Of a DNA stretch of 64,000 nt, positions 23,705 through 36,878 are shown in pieces. Made by a program: the position numbers and the translations under genes. This DNA is from Octopus sinensis (taxonomy: Eukaryota): the NCBI RefSeq assembly GCF_006345805.1, contig NC_042997.1, forward strand, positions 81,282,001 to 81,346,000. The letters are read 5' to 3'. The first letter of the stretch is position 1, and each line of letters opens with the position of its first letter. The notes under the pieces were generated by a model that saw only the letters and a program-made list of their open reading frames with translations, had not been told where the DNA came from and searched no databases.

Positions 23705-23950
23705 CTTTACTCTTTTACTCTTTTACTTGTTTCAGTCATTTGACTGTGGCCATGCTGGAGCACCGCCTTTAGTCGAGCAACTCCACCCCGGGACTTATTC
23801 TTTGTAAGCCCAGTACTTATTCTATCGGTCTGTTTTGCTGAACCGCTAAGTGACGGGGACATAAACACACCAGCATCGGTTGTCAAGCAATGCTAGGGGG
23901 ACAAACACAGATACACACACACGCATATATATATATATACGACGGGCTTC
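23705..23950 (-). mobile_element. tRNA-derived SINE, 3' half
   Basis: Same tail and core as the 34438 copy, in reverse orientation. Confidence 0.85.
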
Positions 23951-25240
23951 TTTTATATATTTTATATATTTATAAATTTTATATATTTTTTATTAATTAA
24001 TTTTATTTCTATTTATAATTTTCACTGTTTGATTTGCCTAATAGTGATTTTATCTCTAATTTAATATAAAAAAAAAAATATATATATATATATATATGAT
24101 GATGATGATATATATATGTATATATTTGATGATATATATATGTATATATATTTATGATGATATCATAATGACCAAATATAATTTTCATAATTTTGAAGAA
24201 TGTCAGCAAATATATTTTTTATTCTGCTGATTATAACTGCATTTGCTGGGTGGATTTGAAAAATTATAATGTATATAGATGGAACATGTGCTGTCTTCAA
24301 TGTTCTGTGAATATATATTAATTGTAGCACCTGTGCTGAAGAGAACACAGATAGCAAATTATTTTATTTGTTCATTGATGTTCAAAACCTATTGAAAATG
24401 TTTTTATTTTTCATCCCCTTCGAAATTACTCTTAACCGTGGTTTGGGCTTTGACTGCTCCTTTTAGCATGCAAGGTGTCCTGTTAGGCTCACCTCTTTTG
24501 TGTATAAATGTACACTAATTTTATATGAAAAATATGTTATCTATCGACTCTTTTATGCATGCTAGCCACTGATTGAAAGATTCTCTAATTTTCCTACCCT
24601 ATATATATTTTCTATATATATATATTGGTAAAAACGGTAAGATAACAAAAGAAAGAAAGAGACCTCAATATTATGTAAATAGAGGAAATTTATCTATAAA
24701 ATAATATGTTACAATTACTCAATAGTCAAGATAAAACTCTGACTTTCAGATGCCGAAGTGGAAATCCACAACACCATCTCTTCGGTTATCTGGCCAACTG
24801 AAAAAACGCTATGAAAAAATACCGTTATATAAAGGGAAATTACTGTGTTATAATTCTGCTACTTATATAAAATAAGATTAAATTTTCATAGTAAAACACG
24901 TAAACATGGCTAGTCATACGCTCACATGTGTACTTGCGGACCCACGTGCGTACTTATACATCACTATGAAAACGTACACATCTTCACTCGCATTTTTCGC
25001 CAAATATATACGCATATATATACAACCTCATACACACACACATGCGTACTGTAAAAGTTCATACATACATCTATATACGCACAATAATAATACACATTTA
25101 TATATGATTATGATATCTATATATATATATCAATACAAGAAGATACTACAATGATATATTAAGATATATTAAGATATATTAAACACCTTATAGTATGTTT
25201 GGCTAGCAATTAAAAACCAACAAGGGTTTAATAAATAAAA

Positions 25241-25503
25241 GGGTGCAAAATAGCACCAGCGATTACTAAAAATAAGAGTCAAAAAAAAAAAAGGCAAGAG
25301 AAACAAAACCTTATTGGTTAAATTTTGAAATCATGTGGTAAAGCATCATCCAGCTATTTCTTTTGTGAGTCCATTTTGTGAGATCATTTTAGTTTGCTGT
25401 GCTTGCTCTCCATAAATGTAATTGAGGTTAGCGTCTTTTTGTGGTTCTCAGAGTTAATTTTTTTACTCTCATTTTTAGCAATCACTGGTGCTATTTTGCA
25501 CGC
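25241..25503. mobile_element. MITE, about 260 bp, with about 45-bp TIRs
   Basis: g.gtgcaaaatagcaccag.gatt.ctaaaaat.agagt occurs at both ends in inverted orientation, flanked by AT-rich sequence. Confidence 0.75.
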
Positions 25504-25510
25504 TTCATAT

Positions 25511-25564
<54 letters not shown>

Positions 25565-25637
25565 ATATGTAGGTCCCGGGTTGAGTCGGGGTTAACCACA
25601 GTAAATAAGGTACTCAATACATAGCAGAGTAAATTAA

Positions 25638-26818
25638 TTTATTTTATAGAAGGAGCTTCTACAGGACTAGAACTGTTTCATTCAAATGAAATCATGAGGA
25701 AGCTTGCTGTCAAAATAAGTTCTGGCATTTATACATTTAATGGGGTGGTGGTGGGGGACATTTTTTGGGTATGCAGGGCACAAACTGTCTTTCTTAGGGG
25801 AGTGGTCAAAAGAATCAGTGATAATACAGACACACACATACATACATATAAATACACTAGCACATATATATATATATATATACATATACATACATATATA
25901 TATATATTTACATATATATAAAAATATACACATATATAGATATATATGTATGTATGTATGTATATATGTATATGTGTGTATATGTATATGTGTATATGTG
26001 TGTGTGTATGTATTAATGTATGTGTGTGTGTACACGAATATATATTTATGTGTAGGTATATGCATGTGTATATGTTTATGTATGTGTGTAAATGTAAATA
26101 TAAATATATGTATGTATATATGTATTTATGTATGTATATATTTTTATATATATATAGATATAAATATGAGTATGGATATGAATATAAATATGAATATGGA
26201 TATGGATATATATATATGTATGTGCTTATGTGCGTGTATCTATGTGTGTGTATGTATGTATGTATGGGTGTATATGTATATATATGTACGCATGTGTATA
26301 TATATATATATATATGTATATGTATGTGTATGCGTATGTGTATGTGTAAGTATAGGTATTTGCATGTATATATATTTATTATTTGTGTATGCATGTATGT
26401 ATATGTGTATATGTATGTATGCTTGTATGTATTTATGTATATATAGATGCGCATGTGTGTGTATGTGTATGCATGTGTATATACATATGTATATGTTTAT
26501 GTATGCGTATGTGTATTTGCGTATATATATGTATATATGTGTATTTGTGTATATATATGTATATATATATATACGGTTGGATACTTGTGTGTGGGTGTAT
26601 GTATGTATATATGTATATATTGTTTATATATATATATATATAATATATATATATATATAGGTATATATGTATGTGTATATATATGTATATATATATGTAT
26701 GTGTATGTGTGTATATGTATGGACTTGTAGACTTTTTTATATATGTATATATATATGTGTGTGTGTATGTGTGTAGATATGCGTATATGTATTTGTATGT
26801 GCATGTGCTTGTATATAT

Positions 26819-26863
<45 letters not shown>

Positions 26864-27340
26864 TATATTGGTGTATGGGTGTAGGTATACATATGTATGT
26901 ATATGTAGGTATATACGTATGTGTGTGTGTGTATGTATACATATATATATATATGGACTTGTAGATTTTTGTATGTGTTTATATGTATGTGTACATGTGT
27001 AGATATGTATATGTATGTACGTGTACGTATGTGCATGTATGTATGTATGTGTGTAGGTATGTATGTGCATGTATGTATTTATGTACACATGTATGCATGC
27101 ATGTGTGCATATATGTATTTATAAGCGTATGGATGCATATATATGCGAATGTATGTTTATATGCACATATGTTTTTATATGAGCATATGTGTTTACATAT
27201 GCGGGCAGATATTTATGTGTGTTTATGTGTACTGAAGTACGTTTATATAAGTGTGTTTGTGTGTACATAGTTATGTATACGTTTATGTGAAAGTGGGTAC
27301 ATTTATGTATGTATGCATATGTGTACTTGTGTGTGTATAT

Positions 27341-27372
<32 letters not shown>

Positions 27373-27907
27373 GTGCATGTAGAGAGAGATATATATACAT
27401 ATGTATAAGTGGATGAGGAGGAAATGAGTGAGAGAACATGTGTGTTTGTGTATGTGTATGAGTGTGCGTGTGAGTGTGTGTGTGTGTGAGTATTTGCGTT
27501 TGTATCCGTGGGTAAAGAGATAGAAAGGAAGGGAAAGGGGAGCGGTAGATGGATTTCATTTAGGCCTGCTGGAACCCTGGGGAGTTCTAGGAACTTTTGG
27601 CATTTGTCTACTCTAGCGCCACTAAATGTGTGTCGGTGGGTAGGTAGGTCATATATTATACCTTTTATGATTTTGAAGACGGTCAATGGAAAATAAAAAT
27701 AAAATAAGGGAGGAAGATGAGGAGAGAAAAAAATATATATATATATATATATGTGTGTGTGAGTGTATGGGTGTGTATATTTATATATATATGTGTAGAT
27801 ATGTGTGCGTGTGTTTGCGTGTTTGCATGTATGTGTATTTGTATATATGTGTGTATGTATATATATGTGTGTGTATGTATGTGTATGTGTATATTTTTAT
27901 ATATATG

Positions 27908-27938
<31 letters not shown>

Positions 27939-28427
27939 ATGTATATATATATATATATATATGTATGTGCTAGTGTATTTATATGTATGTATGTGTGTGT
28001 CTGTATGTATATACATGGGCATATGTATATGTATGTGTATGGATATTCGTATGTGTATGGATATTCGTATGTGTATGTATGTGGGTTTGTATGTATATTT
28101 ATTTTATATGTTCTTTTATGTAGACTTATCTACTTCTTCCTTCCACTTAATAACAACAACAACAAACTGACTAAAAGTGATAGTCTTCTAATTTACCTAA
28201 AACTCTATTCAATTATTCTATTTATTCATTTATTTACTTTATCACTGATTCTTTTGACCACTCCCCTAACAAAGACAGTTTGTGCCCTGCTTACCCAAAA
28301 AATGTCCCCCACCACCACCCCATTAAATCTGCCTAAATGCCAGAACTTATTTTGACAGCAAGCTTCCTCATGATTTCATTTGAATGAAACAGTTCTAGTC
28401 CTGTAGAAGCTCCTTCTATAAAATAAA
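25638..28427. repeat. Long inverted repeat (about 190-280 bp arms) enclosing 2.3 kb of TA/TG/TATG microsatellite
   Basis: 25638-25825 is the reverse complement of 28238-28427, and about 25820-25920 pairs with about 27880-28006. Confidence 0.85.
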
Positions 28428-28430
28428 TAA

Positions 28431-28473
<43 letters not shown>

Positions 28474-28479
28474 GCTACA

Positions 28480-29990
28480 GGAGTTCTGTGATGCAAGCAA
28501 CCTATTAATCTGCAACACCAGGAAGCCAGACAGCCACCTGATAACCTATTAATCAGACGACTCTGCTAGCCAGATTGATTTCATTCTCACCAGATAGCAG
28601 GATGCATAGTTGCTCTTAAATACAAAGACCCTCACTAGTGAAGAATGTACCCCCTAGCATAGACTGGTCATTAGTGACTTTAGACTCAAGGCCAGAAGGA
28701 TGCCAAGAAGCAGACCAATCCAGAAAAAAAGGATTTGGAAGCTAAAGAACCATTCACATGGTCAGAGATTTAGGGACATCCTCATTGAGAAATTTGGTAA
28801 GAGGGAGGAGGAGCTACAGACTTGTGACATAGAGGGTAACTGGAAATTCCTATGTGACAGCTTACTGAGCACCACAGACCAAACCTACTGCTGGTGCAAA
28901 GTCTCTTCTAAACTTAGGGTAACATGGTGGTGGAATAATATGGTAGACAGGGCCATTAGAGCAATGAAACAGGCCTGGAAAACCTGGAAGAATGGGAGTA
29001 GCAGGGAACTGTACAAGATAGCCAGAAGGGAGGCTGGGAGACAGGTATATATAGCCAAGGGAGAAGCAGAAAAGAAGTTTGCCAATGTTCAGTGACATGA
29101 GGACCAAAACACTGAAGTATTTCAGATTGCAACACAGTGTGTGAGAGAAAATTGTTATGTTACAGGAGAGAAATGTGTCCGCATGGATGCTGGTGCACTT
29201 GCTTTTAATGATTCTACAAAGAAAGAGGCTTGGAGATGCCATAATGAAAGGTTGCTGAATATCGAGAATAAATGGTAGAAGGAGAGCCTGCCAAATGTTG
29301 ACCCAGTTGGGGGACCAGCTATCCGATTTGATAGAACCTGGTAGATAAAGCAATTAAGGATATGAAGTTAGGAAACCCCCCAGCTCATCAAGAATCACTG
29401 CTGAGATGCTTAAAACACCTGGTGGTGTGGGTTATGGTCTAGTCACCTGTATTGTAAATCAGGTGGTTCATGAAGGAGTCATACTCAATGATTGGCGTAG
29501 CAGCACCATAGTCAACTGCTACAAAGGTAAAGGTGATGCTTTAGATAGAAATAACTACAGGGGTATCAAACTGCTGGATTGGGTGATGAAGATCATGGAG
29601 AGAGTCATAGCCCAATGGGAGAGAGCCAGCCTAGATGAGATGCAGTTTCATTTTGTGTCAGGTAGAAGCACCACTATATTTCTGGTAAGGCAACTGCAGA
29701 AGAAATATCTAGCCAAAGATAAACCCCCTATACTTGGGTTTTGTTGACTTGGAGAAGGCCTTTGACAGGGTTCTCTGATCCCTTATCTGGTGGGCAATGC
29801 AGAAACTAGGGATAGACAAGCTGTTAGTAAGAGCTGTACAGGGATGCTGTCAGTAAGATAAGGGTCAGCAGCAAGTATAGTGAAGAATTCTGGGTAGAAG
29901 TAGGGGGTTCACCAATGATCAGTCCTCAGCCCCCTCTTATCAAGTCCTCCAGGTAATAACAGAAGAATTCAAGACAAGCTACCACTGCAT
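28480..29990 (+). mobile_element. RTE-clade LINE ORF2 (end of endonuclease, linker, RT N-half), decayed
   Basis: KRIWKLK, W..STIVNCYKGKGDALDRNNYRGIKLL, LDEMQF.FV.GRSTT, VDLEKAFDRV and the HQ.SVLSPLL motif, with stops and frameshifts. Confidence 0.92.
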
Positions 29991-30318
29991 GCATTGCCAG
30001 AATTAGAATAGATGTGCAGGTGCTATGGTTTATTTCCCTTGAGTGTTTAAAAAAATTGTGCAGGTGGTATGGGTTATTTCTCTTGGGTTTAAAAAAAAAA
30101 ATTAGATATAAAGATCCCTTCCAGGGGCCGTATTGTCGATAATTCAACAATCTAAGTATGTCACAAGGTTTCCAGACATGATTTCTATTCATATGTCAAG
30201 TTTCATGAAAATCAATAAAACAACATAGGAAGAGTTAGCTAACAACACCACAAACAAACACACACCGATTTTCCACATATGTAGTAATGACAACATATAT
30301 ATATATATATATTCCTCT

Positions 30319-31127
30319 AGTTTCAGCTCAGGGCTGTGGCCATGCTGGGACACTGCCATTTTGCTACACTGTTATTATTGAGAGCCTCCTTTAATATGTG
30401 GCATTTGGTGAATAAGGGAGTTTGATGTTGCTAACTTCATTTGCACCTCTTGCTGCGAGGTAAATTCATCTGGTACTCCCGACAGGAAGAGAGTCCAGTT
30501 TTGATTTGAAAACACCTACATCCACTTTGTGTAGGTCCTTCAGGCTCTTTGGGAGAATATTAAAAAGCTGTAGGCCCCTGAAACCCAGTAACTGGTTCTG
30601 AAGCACTATGGCATTGCTGGGATCTTTGGCACAGTGCAGTGTCGACCCGTTCTGGCATTGGTGTAGCTTTCAATGTAGCTTTCCTCAGGTGACTGAGGAA
30701 GATTGTCCTCCAGAGGACCGTCATGGTTTCCTTCTCTCTGGTTCTGAACATTCTCAGGATCCATTCAGCCAGTCATCTGCACTTTGTCACCATCCTGGTA
30801 ATGTGCACTTTGAAAGATGTATCATCACTCATGTCAATACCCAGCTACCTCATTGATTTAGGCTCTGGGATTGTAGTCCACTGTGGGCTAGTCTACCTTG
30901 TAAGTTTTATATTCAATTTTGGATGATGGTACTGCAGAGCTTGGAATTTTTCTGCATTAAACTGCATATTATTATTCTCAGCCCATCTATAAATTGAGTT
31001 CAACTCTTGCTTCAAACGTGCAGCATCGTTTTTTCTGCAAGACTTTCATATCATCTGCGTAGCTAGCAAGAATGGCTATCCCAGCAGTTGAAGGCCACTA
31101 TGAAAAGCAGTGGTCCCAAGACAGGTT
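30319..31127 (-). mobile_element. CR1/L2-like LINE, RT C-terminal part and 3' end, 5'-truncated
   Basis: VLGPLLF, YADD (31050-31061), LNSIYRWAENNNMQFNAEKFQ, LGIDMSDDTSFKVHI, WILRMFRTRE. Confidence 0.88.
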
Positions 31128-31128
31128 G

Positions 31129-31164
<36 letters not shown>

Positions 31165-31168
31165 ATAT

Positions 31169-31237
<69 letters not shown>

Positions 31238-31240
31238 ATA

Positions 31241-31271
<31 letters not shown>

Positions 31272-31340
31272 ACATATATGTGTGTGTACTAGCAGAGATA
31301 CCAAACCTTGCTTGGGATTAAAATGGCATAGTTTTTATTG

Positions 31341-31630
31341 TTTTACTTGTTTCATTCATGTGACCACGGCCATGCTGGAGCACCACCATTGGTCAAACAA
31401 ATTGACCACAGGATTTATTCTTTGTAAGCCTAGTAGTTATTTTATCAGTGTCTTTTACCGAACCTCTAGGTTATGGGAATGTAAGCACAACAACATTGGT
31501 TGTCAAGCAATGGTAGGGGTACAAACACAGGCACCCCCCCCACACACAAACATACAAATATAAACGACAGTCTTCTTTCAGTTTCTGCGTATGAAATCTA
31601 CTCACAAGGCTTTGATCAGCCTGAGGCTAT
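31341..31630 (-). mobile_element. tRNA-derived SINE, diverged
   Basis: Degenerate match to the 34438 family tail and core. Confidence 0.7.
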
Positions 31631-31754
31631 AATATATATATATATATATATTTATATTCATATATATATATATCTGTATATATATCCATACATATTACGG
31701 AGATATACTTGCATAGCAAGTGACTTGATCTGAAATCATGTGCTGGAACGAAAA

Positions 31755-31901
31755 CAATTGCAGCATGGAAGGTGTTTATAAGCCATTTAAGAAACACACA
31801 AAACTGTTAGATTCACTTCAACATTTAAATTTAATTTGTCAAAATATTTTCGTCTAACGGTTTCTTAAATGGCTTATAAACACCTTCCACGCTGCAATTG
31901 T
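31755..31901. repeat. Short element with 41-bp inverted arms
   Basis: caattgcagc.tggaaggtgtttataagccatttaagaaac and its reverse complement enclose about 65 bp. Confidence 0.8.
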
Positions 31902-32384
31902 AGCCATATATATATATATATTTATATATATTAATAATATATATATATATATATAGGTGAGAGAGTTAGTGTGTGAAAGCACGTGGTTGGATGTATAAAA
32001 AATAAAAAAGAGTGAAAAAACTGCAGAAGGCTTGTGTGATGAGGTTAAAGAATATATTTAAGTTGTTATGTTAGAAACAAATGTTATAAAATCTCGTGTA
32101 TAGTAACATAGTTTTTGGAGAAATAACCGGTTTCATATAGTCTTTTCAATACATATAGTCTTTTCAGTACAGTAATTCAAGATTTTAAATTTGAGAGTGC
32201 TGTAAAATTAAACATACTTATCTGACCAGGCAACATCAGACAATGTATATCCAATGACCAGTACTTCCGAATTCAAACAGACGAATGAGATCTCGTATTC
32301 CTCCTCATTCACCCATGTGTGCTAGTGAGTAAAATTCCACAGAAAATTGCAGTTTACTATCAGGAAGAGAATTATATTATGAAT

Positions 32385-32952
32385 AATAATAAAGGGTAAA
32401 ATTAATTAATTAATAAATAATTTATAATTTTACCAAGTAGTTCGGTATGTTAAAAGAACCATTAATGGTAAACTTATGCAAAAATTCTATAATTATGAGT
32501 ATAATTATAATTAGGATTCAGCAAAAATTTGCTTCACCAAGTATGTTTAATTTTTCAGTGCGCTCAAATTTAAAATCTTGAATTACTGTACTGAAGAGGA
32601 GAATGGGAGAGTAGAAATATGATTTTATATTTTTCACATCTCTCTAACTCCAAAACGCATATACAGTTAATCAAAGTCGGGTGGATTCATTATTTTTTTC
32701 TCTTTACCTGTGGGAGTTGTTGAGTATTGCTCTCTGGGAGATTTTCTTATAGTAGGGAAATAGTAGTTTAACTCCTATTTCTAAATTTCAGTATGTGGTG
32801 AAGCAAATATTTGCTGAACCCTAATTATAATTATACTCATAATTATAGAAATTTTGTATAAGTTTACCAATAATGGTTCTTGAAACATACCAAACTACTT
32901 GGTAAAATTATTAATTATTAATTAATTAATTAATTTTACCCTTTATTATTAT
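32385..32952. mobile_element. MITE-like element, about 570 bp, with about 160-bp inverted arms
   Basis: 32385-32545 matches the reverse complement of 32793-32952. Confidence 0.8.
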
Positions 32953-32999
32953 TGATGATATATATATATATGTGTGAAATATTTTATAATTATATACAT

Positions 33000-33280
33000 A
33001 ATAATGACAAGGGGTCAGCTTTCTGCCTCACCATGCACTGTAAGAAATAGACACTATAGTCCTTTTTACTACCTTAAAATCTCCAAGAATAACATATTTT
33101 ATTGTAGGCAAGCAAAAGGAAAATAATGAATCATAACCAGCCTTATTAACTCATAATTTTTCTTTTGCTTGCCTCTAATAAAGTGTGTTATTCTGGGATA
33201 TTTTAAGGTAGTAAAAAGGACTTTGGCGTCTATTCCTTATGGTGCATGGTGAGACATAAAGCCAAACCCTTGTTATAATT
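33000..33280. mobile_element. Hairpin MITE, about 280 bp, with arms over most of its length
   Basis: caagggg..gcttt..g.ctcaccatgcac..taag.aatagac...agtcctttttactaccttaaaat is present in both orientations. Confidence 0.8.
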
Positions 33281-33403
33281 ACGTATATAAGTATAAAATA
33301 TTTCGTAAAATTTACCTATAAGATTTTTATTTCCACACTGGCTACATGGTAAAATTATTACTGGTTTTATCCTTTATAATTAAAATTTTATATATCCATA
33401 TAT

Positions 33404-33445
<42 letters not shown>

Positions 33446-34039
33446 TATAAAGATGGAACAAAAAATGCAACAGAGGACAATAAAACATTCGGACAGATAG
33501 GCGATACAAAGGCAGACAAGAGAAACAACAATTAGAAGGACAGGCAAAAAAAAAGATGGGTCATTTGTTGCCTTCTTTCCTCAGTCAAGTATCAGAACTC
33601 ACGACCATTTCAGGCAGTTACGCTTGAGATGGTTTGATCTGGTTGCTCCCAAAAAAGTCTAAGCTAAGAGCATTAGACCCCTTTGTTAGAAAGCTAGCAA
33701 ATGTTTACGGCAACAAATACATAGAAAGGAGAACATGGTACACAAAAAGACGAAAAACGGAGAACATGGTAGACAATTACAAATGCAAACAACAAGAAAA
33801 TAACAACAGGTGTCTTTCGACTGAGAATGAATCCAATTGAGCTGGCGTGTATGAAGTGAAAGCAAAAAGGCAGGAACATAGGAAATGGACATAAGAGGTG
33901 TTGGCAGTCGGCACTCGGGCCAAGAAAGAAAGATCATGGCTGGCTAGACACCAGTCACATGGAAGGAGGAAACATGGGTAGGGGGCAGCAGGATTGAAGG
34001 ATTAGAAAAAAAAGATATACATATACACACACACTCATG

Positions 34040-34328
34040 GCCGATGCCAGCACCGCCTCGACTGGCTTCCGTGCCGGTGGCACATAAAATACACCAATCC
34101 GACCGTGGACGTTGCCAGCCTCGCCTGGCACCTGTGCAGGTGGCACGTAAAAAGCACCCACTACACTCACGGAGTGGTTGGCGTTAGGAAGGGCATCCAG
34201 CTGTAGAAACATTGCCAGATTAGACTGGAGCCTGGTGCAGCTTTCTGGCTTCCCAGAACCCCGGTCGAACCGTCCAACCCATGCTAGCATGGAGAACGGA
34301 CGTTAAACGATGATGATGATGATGATGA
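34040..34328 (+). mobile_element. RTE LINE 3' tail, young, ending in (GAT)n
   Basis: CpG-rich tail ...ccgtccaacccatgctagcatgg.gaacggacgttaaacgatgatgat. Confidence 0.85.
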
Positions 34329-34437
34329 CACACACACACACACACATATATATTTAGACATTGATTTTATAAATTACAATATTACTCCTCTTATAACTTT
34401 CTCATACCTCTGTTTATATTTTATTTAATATGAATAA

Positions 34438-34860
34438 TAGGCGCAGGAGTGGCTGTGTGGTAAGTAGCTTGTTTACCAACCACATGGTTCCGGGTTCAGT
34501 CCCACTGCGTGGCACCTTGGGTAAGTGTCTTCTACTATAGCCTCGGGCCGACCAAAGCCTTGTGAGTGGATTTGGTAGACGGAAACTGAAAGAAGCCCGT
34601 CGTATGTATGTATATATATATATGCGTGTGTGTGTTTGTGTGTCTGTGTTTGTCCCCCTAGCATTGCTTGACAACCGATGCTGGTGTGTTTATGTCCCCG
34701 TTACTTAGTGGTTCGGCAAAAGAGACCGATAGAATAAGTACTGGGCTTACAAAAGAATAAGTCCCGGGGTCGAGTTGCTCGATTAAAGGCGGTGCTCCAG
34801 CATGGCCGCAGTCAAATGACTGAAACTAATAAAAGAAAGAAAAGAAAGAAAGAAAGAATA
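34438..34860 (+). mobile_element. tRNA-derived SINE, full length, CpG-rich (young)
   Basis: A-box/B-box-like head (tggctgtgtggtaag; ggttccgggttcagtccc), core, central TA/TG tract and A-rich tail after tgactgaaac. Confidence 0.9.
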
Positions 34861-35395
34861 TAATGCATGTCATAATAATAGTAATAATTGATTCATTTGT
34901 ATGCATATACATGCAAATATGCATGTACATTTAAGTGTAAGTATATGTATTTATGTATATTTATGTATATTTATGTATATGTATGTATATGTAAAAGTAT
35001 GTATATATGTGTATGTATTTATATTTATTACTTCACCTTATGTACTTTCTAAAATCTCTGATGAAGCCTAGAGCAACACCCAAGTATCTCAGTTTCATCT
35101 ACTAATTACTTCAGTCCACTGGGGAGATAAAGGGAGAATGAGGTATTTCTGCCTCTTGGCTGAAGCAGCTGTAAGATATTATCCCAATTTCTATTGCTAT
35201 ATGTTATATATTTCAATAATTACTGATATTTTTATATTTTATATATTATATATGTAAAGCATAATATGTTATACATGTATGTATATTGTTATAATTGTCC
35301 TTTTAGCAAATAAATAAATAAATTGACATAATATAATGTCTAAAAGTTGATGGATACCACCTATTGATCCCCTCCATTTTCTTATTGCTCTACAT

Positions 35396-35442
<47 letters not shown>

Positions 35443-35451
<9 letters not shown>

Positions 35452-35720
35452 CTGAGAATGTGTGTCTGTCTGTCTGTCTGTCTGTGTGTTTCCCTAAAAC
35501 TTGAGAACTACACAACCAATTTCATTCATATTTTACACATGCCTTACTTAGGGTCCATGTAGTTTCATGGGCAAAAAAAAAATGTTCAACTTCTTGCCTA
35601 GGGCGAGCCCATAGCAATATCATATCTTCTCCACTATTTCAGTATTACGTGTTAAAAGTGAAACAAAAACATCTCTCTATTTTATGTCAGATATTTTCAC
35701 ATTAGCAATAAAAATAATAA
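35443..35720 (+). mobile_element. Helitron/HINE-like non-autonomous element, 5' part
   Basis: Starts tatataaaaactgagaatgtgtgtc followed by (GTCT)n. A diverged copy lies inverted at about 39770-40025. Class assignment is by resemblance only. Confidence 0.55.
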
Positions 35721-36319
35721 TAACAATTGAATTATATGTAGTAAGTAATAATTAAAATCAAACTAAAGTAACATGACAAAAGTAAAAATAGCAATTGGTA
35801 TAAAATTGCATCAATGACTTGAACTTGAATAAGTGGTTTCACATGAATGGGAATAAATTAAAGATAAAATTAGTGTGCAGAAATAGAATAGTCCAGATGG
35901 AGCTGTGCACATACCCTTTACCACGGCTTTTACATTAGATTATCTGCTAATTAGCTAGCATTAAGTATCTATATGAAGTTTGGCTGTATGTAATATCTGT
36001 TTTCTCAAACAGCCGCTTCTACTGAGTACTGCTGTTGGTTTATTTCTTATACATAAAGGACTATAGCTTCAATTGTGTACTGCTTTTTGATTCACCATAA
36101 AGTTTGTTATTATTATTATTACTGTTTAACTATTGTTATCATGTTTGCTGGTTCCTCGTAAGGGAAATGTTGTTGCGTTGCTTTTGTTAAATAATTGTAA
36201 ACCGTAATCCTCCCCCTTTGGGAGAAGGAACTTTGGTTATTGTTTAAAAATTGAATTGTTTCCCTCTTTGGGGAAATTGACAATATTTTCACCGTTTATA
36301 CAGAAGCATTTTTATTAAA

Positions 36320-36870
36320 ATGCCTTCGATAGAAGAAAGTCCCAAAATGAGTTTTGCTGCAGCCGTCAGCGGGCGCGAACTCATTAAAATTAAAATGGAA
36401 GAAATACAAACCTATTTTGGATTGATCACCGACAAAGACGGTGAATTTAGGATAACACCACGAAATGAAATAAAAGATAAAATTAAAGAAAAGACTATTG
36501 TCTATAAAGTATACAATGTAGAGAAAAAAAAGATTTGAACACCTGGAGGAAAGCACCATCAAAAAGTGTCTTGGTGCGACTATGAAAGATATCAAGTATC
36601 TAACCAGAGGCGGTAAATTCGCCACAATAGAAGCAAGGTTTGAGTCAACGGAGTGTGCAAGGGAGTACTCGCCGCGAACCTTAAAAAGTGGAAATATTTT
36701 ATTTTTACCTTTTTTATTTGGGATGTAGGACGTCCCGGATAAAAATTTAAAATGTCCCCCAAGAAGTAGAGGTAGGCTGGATTGTAGCCACACTTCTATA
36801 CAAGAGGGAGGACAAGATACAATTGATCGAAATTGCAAGAGATGGGCCTACAATTCCAGTCTGTTATATA
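36320..36870 (+). pseudogene. Frameshifted LINE ORF1-like (gag/RRM-type) N-terminal fragment
   Basis: MPSIEESPKMSFAAAVSG...; after a frameshift at an A-run it continues DLNTLEESTIKKCLGATMKDIKYLTRGGKFATIEARFESTECAREYS...RIKI.NVPQEV. SFAAAV start and beta-alpha pattern resemble non-LTR ORF1. Confidence 0.55.
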
Positions 36871-36878
36871 TTTTGAGT

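Noticed and set aside
25682-28355. Many long ORFs (up to 306 aa) rich in Y, I, H, V, C and M
   Set aside because: They are translations of TA/TG/CA microsatellites, which lack stop codons in most frames. The same applies at 38880-40212 and 42189-44212.
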